A stretch of 64,000 bases of DNA, from positions 32,736,001 to 32,800,000 of the forward strand of contig CM060733.1 in assembly GCA_030704615.1 (NCBI GenBank), in the 5' to 3' direction. Source of the DNA: Takakia lepidozioides. Its lineage: Eukaryota; Plantae; Bryophyta. Position 1 is the first letter of the stretch, and each line of letters begins with the position of its first letter. A model generated the notes under the pieces. That model saw only the letters and a list, made by a program, of their open reading frames with translations. It searched no databases and was not told the origin of the DNA. The position numbers were made by a program, and so were the translations under genes. Positions 40,024 to 52,826 of this stretch are shown here, in pieces.

Positions 40024-41525
40024 AAGACAGGCACCATTATTTGGATTGGAAACCTTACTCTGAGATGATCAAGGGCAGGGCTTGCATACACCATCCATTT
40101 GTTCTCCTTTGTACCAATTTAGTTTAGATACACCGAGTTTGGTATATTTTGCCTCCATTATTATTAGTTTGATGGGCTTATGGGTTTTCTGCATTTGAAT
40201 GCAAAGGAACAACTCACCTGGGCCAAGTATGAAACTCAGTTGTTTGTATTGAGTACTTGTGGTTATACTACCTCTACCCTTGCTGGAGACAGGAAAAGGT
40301 TGAAAAGGAAATGAATTCGAACAGCTGGAGCATAAAGCAAGTGGGACACCTCCAGCAATTGCAAATTCATATGTCATGAGTCCTGATGTGACAGTTGGAT
40401 TCAATCAAACATGCCAGCTCTATACTATCCCTCAGCTCAATACAAGAATATCCCAATCCTCCAAATAATTTAAATTATTCTTCACTCCAGGAACAGTTTA
40501 CATGAGGTTTGTTTGTGCACACCTGCAGCACCGCCTTTTTGCAGAGAGAGATGTAGCAGAGAGCTACTGAGTTAACTCACTAGAATCTTGCCAGCGAGCT
40601 GCAGGGCTGGGCCCATGCTCCATTTCACAATTCCTGTCTATGACTTTGTGCCAACTCGACAGGTGGGTTTAGATGTCTGGACTGTAGGCGGTCAAGAGGT
40701 CTTAGTTGATGAGTCAACTTAACCTCGTCCTACCAGGTGGTCATTTCCAGAACATTCCAGAAGAACGCTGATGCTTTGACTTGAATCACAGCAATGTGAA
40801 TACAAACTGGAGAGAGTAAGGAATTGGTAAAAATCAAAGGGCAAGCTACCGTTGACAACCTGATTCTGAATCTGTTGTGCTGGTTCTCCCTTTGCTGGGG
40901 ACGCATGAAGCTAAACTCAATTTGAATAAGCAACCGGATTCAACTCCCAGACAAAGAGCTAAGAGATAAATAGTTAAGGGCTGATGTGATGAAGCAGGGA
41001 GTCACAAGCATATCAAAAATACAAGAGATTGGAGCATACTTTGATCTGCTCAGTACGTCCTAAGATTGTGTGCCGCTCGTCTGCTGTGACTCAAGCATTG
41101 CCTCTAGATTATTTAGTCATAGAGCTCGGCACAGAGAGATGCACATATCTTAAAAATTTGAACCAACATTCAGGTTAAGACTGAGGAAACTAGGACATCA
41201 ACTATATTCATTTTGACATCACATGTGACATTCAATTGACCTGCACCCAAAAGTTCTGAGCAGGAAAGCAATCTACTTTCCAGTATCCTGTTGAGGAGAG
41301 CAGCAAAAACCAGAATTGCACAAGACAAAACATTATGTACCGGATTAGGCTATGCCATAAAGCGCAATTGAAATCAATGAAATAACGATATTCAGATGAT
41401 GCAAAGGAACTTACAATGCTCCAAAGATCAAGACTGCATTCATTTCAGGACTGCCTGCATCAACAACAAGGATGCAGCAATTCCACAAGAAAATCCTTAC
41501 AATTCCCTCCAAGTATAGTATACAT

Positions 41526-43799
41526 TTAATCCACTTCCTCGATCTTAGGGCCAGCACCTGCGGGTGCATCATCATCACCACCACCATATGAGGGAGTAGG
41601 CCCATCAGGACCACCTGCACCGCCCTGGTACATGCGGGCAATGATGGGGTTACAGATGCTCTCTAGCTCCTTCATCTTATCATCAAACTCATCAGACTCA
41701 GCCAGCTGGTTGTGGTCCAGCCATTGAATGGCAGCCTCCACAGCATCCTCAATCTTCTTCTTGTCAGCTGGATCTAGGTTGCTGGCAATCTTGTCGTCCT
41801 TGATGGTGTTTCTCATGTTGTATGCATAGTTCTCGAGGCTGTTCTTGGACTCGATCTTCTTCTTGTGGTCCTCATCCTCTGACTTGTACTTCTCAGCCTC
41901 CTGGACCATCTTCTCAATCTCATCCTTGCTCAACCTACCCTTGTCATTTGTGATGGTGATCTTGTTCTTCTGGCCAGTGGTCTTATCCTCGGCAGAAACA
42001 TTCAGAATACCATTGGCGTCGATATCAAAACAAACTGTAATCTGGGGCACGCCCCGGGGAGCAGGGGGGATGCCAGAGAGTTCAAACTTTCCAAGCAAGT
42101 TGTTATCACGTGTCCTGGCCCTCTCACCCTCGTACACTTGAATTAACACTCCAGGCTGGTTGTCCGAGTAAGTTGAGAAAACTTGCTCCTTCTTCGTGGG
42201 TATCGTTGTGTTTCGGGGGATGAGGACGGTCATCACTCCTCCAGCCGTCTCAAGACCCTGAGACAAGGGAATAACATCAAGCAACAACAGGTCCTGAACT
42301 TTCTCATTGCCCTCACCGCTCAAGATAGCAGCTTGGACAGCTGCCCCATACGCAACAGCTTCGTCAGGGTTGATGCTCTTGCACAGTTCTTTTCCATTAA
42401 AAAAGTCCTGCAGGAGTTGCTGGACCTTGGGGATACGTGTTGATCCACCAACAAGCACGACATCATGGATAGAGCTCTTGTCCATCTTGGCATCCCTCAA
42501 ACATTTCTCTACAGGTTCCATACACTTCCTAAACATGTCCATGTTCAACTCCTCAAATCTAGCGCGAGTGATCGTTGAGTAGAAATCTACACCCTCGTAC
42601 AGCGAATCAATTTCAATAGTAGTTTGGGCAGTTGATGACAGAGTGCGCTTCGCCCTCTCCGCAGCAGTTCTGAGTCTACGAAGAGCCCTAGGGTTGCTAC
42701 TAATATCCTTCTTGTACTTCCTCTTGAACTCTTGGACAAAATGATTCACCATCCTATTATCAAAATCTTCTCCTCCAAGGTGAGTGTCACCAGCTGTGGC
42801 CTTCACCTCAAAAATACCCTCCTCAATCGTGAGAAGAGAGACATCAAAAGTACCACCTCCAAGGTCAAAAATGAGGACATTCTTCTCGCCTACACTGGTA
42901 GCTTTCTTATCCAAACCATAAGCAATAGCTGCGGCAGTCGGTTCGTTGATGATTCTCATCACATTCAATCCTGCAATCACCCCAGCATCCTTGGTGGCCT
43001 GCCTTTGAGAATCATTGAAGTAGGCTGGCACCGTGACAACAGCATTCTTAATGGTAGATCCAAGATATGCCTCAGCAATTTCCTTCATCTTTATCAAAAC
43101 CATGGAGGAAATCTCCTCAGCAGCAAACACTTTCTCCTCACCCTTATACTGCACGCCGATCATGGGTTTGTCGCCTGGCCCTGGGGTCACCTTGAAGGGC
43201 CACAACTTCATGTCACTTTGGACAGAGGTATCACTGAATCGCCTTCCAATCAATCTCTTCGCATCTGCAAGAGGAACAGAATTGTGGGTGCCTTACCACC
43301 AGTAACAGGGCACTGAAACAAAAGTTTCGCTGAACAGTAGAATACGATGTATGCCATGATCGAACACCGAAGTGATAGCATAATCTACCACCGGAGGGGG
43401 AGACACGGCTTCAAAGCAGACAAACCGTCCAAACGCCAAAATCTCAGAAAAAAAGGAAAGAAAGTTGGATCAAATGTGTAACTATACCCAGCCGTACACC
43501 ACACACACTACAAAAAACTAACCATCCAGTAAAGTTCCAAAATCTCAAGAGAGAAGCCGAAAAGAGAATCGCATGACAAACATACCAAAGACGGTGTTGG
43601 TGGGGTTCATCGCCACTTGATTCTTGGCGGCATCGCCGATGAGGCGCTCAGTGTCAGTGAAACCAACATAGCTAGGTGTGGTCCGGTTACCCTGGTCGTT
43701 GGCAATGATCTCCACACGATCATGCTGCCACACTCCCACACAGCTGTAGGTCGTTCCCAAATCTATGCCGATGGCCGGCCCCTCTCCCTTACCCGCCAT
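41526..43799 (-). CDS. HSP70: Cytosolic heat shock 70 kDa protein (HSP70/HSC70)
   Basis: Exon 1 43586-43799 (214 nt, GIDLGTTYS, the usual plant HSP70 intron position), exon 2 41526-43264; [29 protein letters not shown]-terminal GPKIEEVD. Confidence 0.98.
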
Positions 43800-44567
43800 T
43801 GCAACAATGCGAGCGCAGATCTGCTCGCTCTCTACAGAGCACCCGGGGAATCGAAGAACGCAGCGAAGAAGGAATGAGAGAGAGAGAGAGAAGAGAAGCA
43901 AATGAACGACGTAGCGGCGCTGCGGCCCCTTTGTACCGCACTCCCTTAACTCGGGTTACCGTCCACGTCCGTCAGTCGCAGTCTCCGTCCGGCAGTTTAC
44001 AGCCTCTAACGAGCTCTCCAGACACGCTACCGGTCGTCGAAGAGCGCACCGACATAACCGTGGTTAGCCGACGTTTAAGCGCTGCGCTGCTCGCTGCCGC
44101 TAAATCCTGGCCCTCCGATCTGTGCCACGTTCACGCACGGCCAAAAGTGGCCGTGCGACGGCAGAACTCTGCCGTGCTCGAGCGGCTGCCGCTCACGTCG
44201 GCGGGGGCTGGTTGGGTGCTCTTGTTGTCCTGCGTGGCAATACCTTAATTTTATCTATTTATTATAAAAGGAGACTGAGGCCAGTATATCGTTAATTGTG
44301 GTTCAGATTTGGACATGTACCTCACGCTTTGAGATATATAAATATATTAGTATCAAAAACATCGATTTGCTTGATCACTCTCAAAATAACTTACTCAAAA
44401 AAAGAAAAAAAAACTTACTCTCGGGAGAACTTTCACGTACTAAATCAGGACCCGTCACTCTTTCCTTTTCTTTTTTTCTCTTTTATTGGGATAAAAGACG
44501 GAGCTGAGTAAAAGTTCTCTAGTACAAAAAAAGCAAGCGAGGCCAAAATGCTCCATCGCTCGTCGTC

Positions 44568-44700
44568 CTTCTGGAATGCTCTAGAACTTTCAGCAGGCCC
44601 TTCCGCTTTTCACGCTACCTACACGTGTCCTCACACCTCACCCATTCCAACGTCTGTGCCGCTCCAATCCTCTCCCTTTTTCCGACCTTCAGGAACTTCC
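44568..44700. promoter_or_regulatory. Heat-shock elements (alternating nGAAn units)
   Basis: TTCtgGAAtgCTCtaGAActTTC at 44569-44591 and TTCagGAActTCC at ~44688-44700, ~0.8-0.9 kb upstream of the HSP70 ATG. Confidence 0.75.
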
Positions 44701-45420
44701 CCTGCCAAGATTTGGGACCCTTATATATTTATTTATTTCTTTGGGTACATAAGTATGGGTTCACATTGTTGGGCACTAGGAGTGACACGAGCTGCAGTCT
44801 CTCTTTTTTCTCATACCTATGGTTCGCGTTATTTTGTGAGGGAGTGACACCTATCTCTTTCAAGAAATATCAGGCAATGCATATGGGTCACACCCATCAT
44901 GTCCCTTTTCATGAATGAGGAATGTGACAGGTGGCCGACACAGATGCGTATCTCCTCTCTCTCTCTCCCCGGCCTCTCCTTTCTTACAACTATGGATCTC
45001 GTTACACCTATGGTCACTTTTTTCCTATTCTGTTTTAAATTTTAAGAACAGAGGGATATGGTCACATTTTATTTTATTGGCCCTGCCTGGTTTCAGCTGC
45101 TTTAGCACTCATACTTTCGATTAGACTTCCAATTCGATCGAGACAGTTGTCAAGAGAATATTCTATCTTTTAATGAATGACATCCGTTCAACTTCTTGTG
45201 CATGCCATAAATGATAGTCCATTGGATATTACCGTGTCTGCCACCTGGGTGATTCAGGGCTCAAATCTTGTTACCTTGATATTTAGACTAATTATGTGAT
45301 CTTCCAGATTTTTACTACCTATTCATAATTACTATATGGCAGGGCTTGCATGAATTCCATGCATTTGTTTTTTAGGAAGGGGATGATGGCCTTTTTAATC
45401 AGATTTAATAATAAGAAATA

Positions 45421-48400
45421 GGGGGCGATGGCGGAGCTGCGAGACGACTCCCAACGGTCGTCTCGCCCTTTCTGCAGCTTGTTTCTGACCCTGCTCAACC
45501 CATAGCCACTGCAGATCACTTTAGGCATCCCCACCCATGCATAGATCTCCTTTGATATACTTTTTAAGTTTTTCCATAGTTTTTTTCAAGAGTAGTTCCT
45601 TCAGTTGTTCATCCTTTCAACCCTCGTCCTTTCATCGCTCGCATAGTTACACGCATCATCCCTAATCGGACAGCGCCGTCTCTAACTTAAGGAGATCGCC
45701 TTCTCAAAGACCTTTCCCGCTTTTCTTCCCTATTCCTCGCATTAGTTCTTCGGACCCCACTTCATCAGTTTCTTCCAGTGCTGCAGTGTTCTTCCTTATT
45801 TGATTAGTGCAATGGCTCCTGGGAACAACCAGTTTTGCAGCAGAGAATCAATGGAGGCACGAAGGGGTTTCCAGAATGGACAGAGAAGACCCATCATCTC
45901 ATCTGGGACAGGATTCTACCTCGCACATCAAGAGCGTTCCAGGACTGCTACGACCAACGGGTCTGTAAGAAACCCCTCCCTCATTTCCACTTCAGTCCTC
46001 TCTCTCCCCCCCAACCCTTCCTTAAATTTCCCAGGCTGGATTCACCTCCAACAGTTCCAAACTGCTCAAACCCACCCATTTTGGAAACTCCACCTGCACA
46101 ATGGGTAGAAGAATCAATCAAGCTAACTTGGACAGGGACTATCCAATGATCAATATGAACATCCCAGATTTACAAAAAAAGGTTACAACCATGGAGGAGT
46201 CTGGTATCCTCATTCACTTTCCAGGGACAAAAGTGGATAGAGCTATTGTTAGAGACTGGGCCATTAAACATCTTGGCGGCCCTGGAGAACTGCGTCAACA
46301 GTTTTGCCATGAGAAGGGTCGAGGTTTCTTTTCAATCCTGTTTGAAACCCAAGAAGCAGCAAACCAGGCCTTGCTTTTCAACCCCCACACAAAGGGATAC
46401 AATGTCAACATATTCCTTTGGTCATCTAAGATGGGAAACAGGAATGGTAAACTTTGGGACCCACGCATTGTCTCTGTTCCTTACATCCTAGATCAATATC
46501 TGGATAACTTGGCGGACATTGCGAACCATTTTGGATCATACCTTGGATGTTTGGCGGTATTTGATCCCCAAATGTGTACACAAAACTTAAGGCAGGACCC
46601 AGCTTGGAGATCAGTGACTATTGCATCACGCCTTCATGAGACTGGATGTGCCAAATTTGTGTTGATGATGCCAGATGAGGATGTGCTGCCGCAATTTGTG
46701 AAACTGCCAATAGATGAAGATGGCAACTATTTCACGATTCAGCTCATAGAAGACACTACTTATGCAGCCTGTTTTAACTGTGGTCAGATTGGCCACTTTA
46801 AAATCGACTGCCCCACAGCCAAACGCAAGCAACATCAGCCCTTTGTCCCCTTCAACCTTCAGCAACAGCAACAAGGGGTACCCTCAATAGCGGAAGCGAA
46901 TCAAAGGCAGAAAATGAACAACCCCACCGAGGGCTCTAGCTTCCACCAAACGCTCAAGCTTCCCAGGCCCTTCAAAAGGTTCCCAACGATCCTCTGCAAC
47001 TCAGATCTTGTCCAAAACATAATACTGCCAAAGGAGATAGCAGCAAGGATCCAATGCAGGCGGAATTACTGGCTCATCATCATACGGGGGGTTTTATTTC
47101 CAAAGGGAAGACAAAGCAGATTGAACATCATCAACTGGTGACTACCGCAAAAGGGAACACAAAAGTACAGGATGGACAACAGCTGAGATCAGTCAGACTG
47201 ACACTTCCAACCAGCAACTCCTTTCCTAAAATTACCACCGGCATCGCATGCAACTCCACCTTTGCCAATGCCAGCCTCCAAACCTACTCATTCCCTCACC
47301 TGGATCTAAAGGGTTGCTCAGCATTGGAGATGGTTGAAACACCAAAGGCTTCATGTGTCACTCCTCTCATATTCCGGAAAAGTATATTCCCAGCTATTCT
47401 AATCACATCAGATGATTTTGAATGTGTGGAATCACTTTGGATTACTACTGCAGACATCAAACACTTCCTGCAATCAAACCCTCCCAACAGCAACCCTGAG
47501 ATATTGTTCAAATACAAAATTCAGGAGTTCTTCCACAAATCGCAGCCCCACTATTCGCTTTCACCATTTACAAAAATCTCGTGGGGAGCATATCTGGATG
47601 AACACCCAGGGCTAAGTGTCAAACCCTCAACCCATATTCTTGCCCTTGTAGAGGATGCAGAAATCTACTCTGCACCACCGCCAACAGAGGCAATTTGGAC
47701 TTACCAGGAATGACTATCTGCTCTGGGAAGAAGCCACAGATTGCAAATCCGTAATCAGGACACATTAGTCAGTGGGTTCCAGCTGCTTCAAGCTCACTTA
47801 GATTCCGAGGTTGACCACGACAATTACAGAATGGAAATTCAAAGAACCAGGGAGCACATCAACAAGAACAAGCTATTCGGATCCCCAAACGTATCCTCGG
47901 ACTCTCAGGAATCAACAAACACCTCAACTCAGGAGGAAAGTAGCAACTTCAACCCTGCCGTCGAAAGTCTGCAAATATCGCCTCCACCAATACTGGTCTC
48001 CACTCAACTCATCGCCCAGGCCAGCTCGCAAGTCACCTCTCCACCTACGGTTTTAACACCTACCCCTCTACCCTCCCCTATTCAGGTGCCCATCTCACCC
48101 TCACCATGTTTCAGTTACTAGCTTCAATCAGGAAATACTAACAGATGTTGGATGTTGTGTAGTAAAAGTAAACATCTCAGCCAGAATAAAGATAGGAGAC
48201 ACATCCTACCAACATGCAATTTGACTGACATCATTCCCTCTGGAAATCTTCCTTCGGATGGTTCTCTTCTCCAAAGATATCCAGAGCTCCAGCACCTATT
48301 TTTTTCTCGGATGGAGTAGTTACCCTGGCTGTTACTATATCCACTGTTTCAAAGGAGCAGTTTCAACCAATACCAGATAACCAATATCCATGCAGAGCTA

Positions 48401-51400
48401 GGGGTGTATTCATAACCATCCACAACAAAACCCGCAAACCCCCGAACAACTTCATCTGGGTCAACTCAATGCGACCAAAAGATCGTAGGGTAAAATTCGT
48501 ATATCATACCAAAGGGCTATCAAACCTGGTTTCCGGTCCAGGCCCTCCATACCCTTCCAATGACCTTTAACCTTCACTCCTGGAACATTAGGGGCCTTGG
48601 ATCAGACCCTTCCTCTCTCAAAAGGCTAAGAATCAAAACTTGGATGGCTCCCTTCCTCTCTGGTGACTCTATAATATTTCTACAGGAACACAAGCTAGAC
48701 CAGACCAAAATCGACAACCTTTCAGACTATCTATGGCCCATAACAAACTCTCTTTGGAAACCAACCTCTTCAGGCACCAAAGGAGGGACAGCGATATTAT
48801 TATCACCCTCTTTACAACCCTTTCTCGCAGATGGATACCATTGCGATGAAGACACTTACAAAACTTATATCCAAGCCAGGAACAATCTAGACATTCACCA
48901 TAAAATCCAGGAAAGAAAGTGGAAGTTACAGGCGGGGGTTAATTGGTCAACAAAAGGGGAAAAGATGACAAAATACTTCTTTGACAAGACCAGATTGAGA
49001 AGAGCTTCACAGACCATCTCTGAACTTGTGGCCCAGCCATCCGGGATCTCAAACACAACACCTAAATCGATGGCAACCCAGGTTGGGGACCATTTCCAGC
49101 AACTTTTTCACAGTGACAGCATCTCCCTAAAACCATCTAATGAACAGACAGCCTGTCTGATTCACACTCCTACCATGCTTTCTCCCGAATATGCCGCGCA
49201 GCTTGAGGGAGACTTCTCTGACTTGGAACTAGAGGAAGCTCTATCCAAGATGCAGAACAACAAATCGCCTGGTATAGATGGCATTTCTATTGAATTTTAT
49301 AAAGCATTGTGGCCAGAGATTTCAGGGGACTTCACAGCCATGACCAACCATCTGTTTCAGCAAGGTCAAATGCCACCTTCAATGGCTCAAGGGGTAATTA
49401 CCTTGTTGTACAAAAAGGGGGACAGAACGAATATTTCGATTTATCACCCTATAACCCTTCTGAATGTCGCCTACAAAATCATTGCCAAGGCTCTCGCCCT
49501 TAGACTTCAACCTCTTCTTCCATTCATTATTCGGCCCAACCGGACAGGATTTATTAAAGGCCGGTATATTCTGGACAACCTCCTCCTTGCACAGGAAATC
49601 CTAGACTATGCCCTAAGGACCAATCAAGCCATTGCCCTTCTTCTCTTGGATTTTGAAAAGGCATTCGAACGGGTGGAATGGTCCTACTTGCTTGCAGCCT
49701 TGGTAAAATTTGGCTTCCCTCATTCTTTTTGTAAATGGATCAAGATTCTCCTTACTTCTTCATCCAGTAGGGTTACTGTAAATGGCCACTTGTCTTCTTC
49801 CTTCCCTCTTCGGCGATCAGTTAGACAGGGATGTCCCCTCTCACCCTTTCTGTTTCTAGTAGTGGCAGATACCCTGGGGTATATGTTGCAGCAAAACCAA
49901 TTCATAACAGGCCTTAGGGTCTCAAACTATATAACGGGCCAATACACCCACTTGACTGACTCTATGTTCGTGGATAACACTTTTTTAATGTTGCATGCAA
50001 AGTCAGAAAACTTGGACCAAGCAGGACAGACTCTGCATACCTTTTGCAAAGCCTCGGGATTCAAAATTAATTGGAACAAAACTTCAGGCTTGCTCATTGA
50101 TGATCTAACAGCTTCCACTATGGGCTCCCCACCCTCTTGGGGGGTGGATCAGGGTCTCAGTTGGCTCCAGCCTGGCGAAACAACCACCTTGTTAGGATAT
50201 ACCTTTGGTATCAACCTCACAGACCAGCAAATCTTTGCCTCTACATTATCCAAACTAAAGAAAAAATTGACCTACTGGGGGTCAAAACATCTATCTCTCG
50301 TTGGTAGAGCCTTAGTGGTGAATCAGATTCATTCAGCTGGTTTATGGTACTATGCCTCCTTATGGCGCCCTAACTCTAAACAGATGCAAGTAATGAGACG
50401 TCTCCTCCGGAACTTCATCTGGGGAGCAGAAACCTCCATTCACAACAAGAGACCACAGGTAGCTTGGTTACAGATCTGTTTACCAAAAAAAAAGGAGGGC
50501 TAGGGGTGTTGGACCCTGAACTACAGATAGTGGCCCTCCTTGGAAAATGGATACCGCGCTTTCTTGGACCAGAAGGAGGTTGCTGGAAATTTTTGGTCTA
50601 TGACCACATTGCCAATTCCTCGCCACTCAAAAATACCCCATGGACCCCATCATTGCGCTGGATCACTCAAGGCTTCAACCTTCAATCTGTGAGTTCCACT
50701 CTATGGTCCAATATCTGGTTGGCTTGGGGAAGGCTCAGAAACTGCTCACAAAAGCCCAGCCAAGCAACTTCTATGAAATCAAAAGACAACATCTGTTTCT
50801 CAATGACATACCTCTAACTGCTCCTCAGAAAAACCAGGCTATGAGATGGTCCAAATGGGACTGCCTCGGGGTTAGACAGGTTCATAACTTATGGTCGGGA
50901 GATAGTCTCATCTCTCAAGATGCGCTGGCCCTTTTGTGTGGGGAGGTCCCGTGCATCAAAAGGTTACCATGATATCATTCAAACTATCCCACCACAGTGG
51001 CTGGCCACTTTGGCACTTGGCCCTCCGGAGCCAGCTCCCAACTCATGGGCTTTAGTCATTTTGCAAAACAAGCTTACCATTCTATTTCTAGATGCACTCA
51101 GTCACAATGATATGTCAGTATACACCTTCTCTATTGACACTTTCTCTCTTAGGCTTACACTTACAAACCCAAAACCCAGTTCACTTGAATCTCATGACTC
51201 TAACGCCGGTGAGGATATGCTGCTGGACAGCCCCAGATAAAGCCATGGACCCTATACCACCCCTTACAACCACAACCAAATCCTGGCTTCTTTCTAACAC
51301 CTTTGTCTGGATTCTGGGTAGACCTCTCGCAGAAATGGACATTGACCCCCAAGAATGGTCCTGGAAATTCAACAATGCTCCAGAGCCCTTCTTTGCGTAC

Positions 51401-51720
51401 ACAACTAAGAAGGGATACAAAGCATTATCTGTGTCTCAACCTATGAACAAGAAATGGGAAGCTAGATGGGGATTGTACAATTTCTGTGATGAAAATTGGA
51501 AGACTATTTGGGGTTCAGTTTGGATTAAATCCCGCCCTTCAAAGATTGCATCCTTTCTATGGCAATTAGTAAATAGGGTTCTCAAAGTTGGGGAATGGCT
51601 ACAGTTTCGGGGTTCGATTTTATGTGCTTGGTATTCTACTGCAGTAACCAAATCGATAGAACATTGCCTCCTTTCATGCCAAGCCCCAGCAAGGATTTGG
51701 CCAAAAATAACCATTGGCCG
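45421..51720 (+). mobile_element. L1-clade LINE, near full length but decayed and 3'-truncated
   Basis: ORF1 pieces from ~45812/46101 with zinc knuckle CFNCGQIGHFKIDC; ORF2 from 48560 (SWNIRG, FLQEHK; KSPGIDG, LLLDFEKAF, VRQGCPLSP), zf-RVT-like end ~51450-51720; frameshifts; 5' boundary is tentative. Confidence 0.88.
48560..50503 (+). pseudogene. LINE ORF2 (partial APE endonuclease + reverse transcriptase)
   Basis: 647-aa ORF; EN C-terminal half missing; the catalytic (Y/F)ADD position reads FVDN. Confidence 0.88.
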
Positions 51721-51756
51721 CCCGTGAAGGTCACATTCGGAAGTAGATAAAGATGA

Positions 51757-52826
51757 GTGGAACCTTGATTTACAGATTTCAGAGATAAGTGGAACCGCAA
51801 GTGGAACCTCGATTTACAGGTCCCTTGCTTGGAACTCGATCTGGAAGGACATTTGGGCCAAACACCGCTCGTCCAAAATTAGCGCTTTTCTATGGAAGCT
51901 GGCGAACAGAACCCTTCCAATTGCTGCAAATTTACCGCCCTCTTGTCTAATCTGCAACTGCAATCTAAGCGAGACCATTGAGCATAATTTCAAGAATGCT
52001 ACCTAGCTGCAAGGACCTGGAACTTAGTGACAGCCTTCTACGCGCATTGGAAGCCCGTGCCCCCTAGAGCTGCTCACATTCTACTACTAAATTTGCACAA
52101 TGGCTCCAGTAGGAATGCTTGCCCAATTTGGGCATGTCTGAGGGCTCACACCCTCTGGTCTTTATGGAAAGCAAGGTGTCTGATATTTCAGGGAAGGAGC
52201 CCCAACTAGTACTTTGTAAGTTATTTGATGATCTGATGATTGAGGGGCGCAAGGCTTAGGTGTCTTTGCAAGCAGCTTCAGCCAGATGTAGCGACATGAG
52301 GCGCAATCAACTTTTCGCGGATTCCGACCTCTCCTGGGCTAAAGACAGCCTCCTCTGCACCAGGATCTCGAGACTCGCGAATCACTTGGCATGATACCAT
52401 CCCCCGGGAATGGCAAATCCCCTGCTGAGTTGGAAGGATCCGACAACTGGAAGCATCTCAACTTGCGTGCGGCTAAATCCAAAGTCCAGCTGAAATTTGG
52501 CATCTAGATTTTCTCCTAGACTTATGACAAAAATCTCCCATTGTCCCCCATATATCTACTTTAAAGCCATATAGCTAGGTTGCACTTCTGGTTAGTGGCC
52601 TCATCTTCTTTGGGCCATCTGGCAATCCCCCCCCCCAAAAGGTTCTTTGTTCTTCATTGATCCCACTCTCCCCCCCCAACTCCCTACCAGTGTTGGGTGT
52701 TCCCCATGTGATACGCCTTTATGGCCTCTATGAGGTTATTTTTTCCTCCTCTCTCTTCTCCTTTTGCCACTCCAATAAAGTTTTTGCAGGGCCTATGACC
52801 CATTTCTTTAAAAAAAATTTAAAAAA
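51757..52826 (+). mobile_element. Second, 5'-truncated L1-type LINE with poly(A) tail and TSD
   Basis: IWKDIWAKHRSSKISAFLWKLANRTL...CLIC...ETIEH (zf-RVT-like); aataaa at ~52774; A-tail 52810-52829; TSD aaagatga at 51749-51756 and 52827-52834. Confidence 0.8.

Noticed and set aside
41845-43316. Antisense ORFs over HSP70
   Set aside because: Common by-product of HSP70 codon usage; no independent support
1528-43799. USP39-RAD23-HSP70 as a functional proteostasis cluster
   Set aside because: USP39 is a splicing factor; adjacency of three housekeeping genes is not evidence of co-regulation
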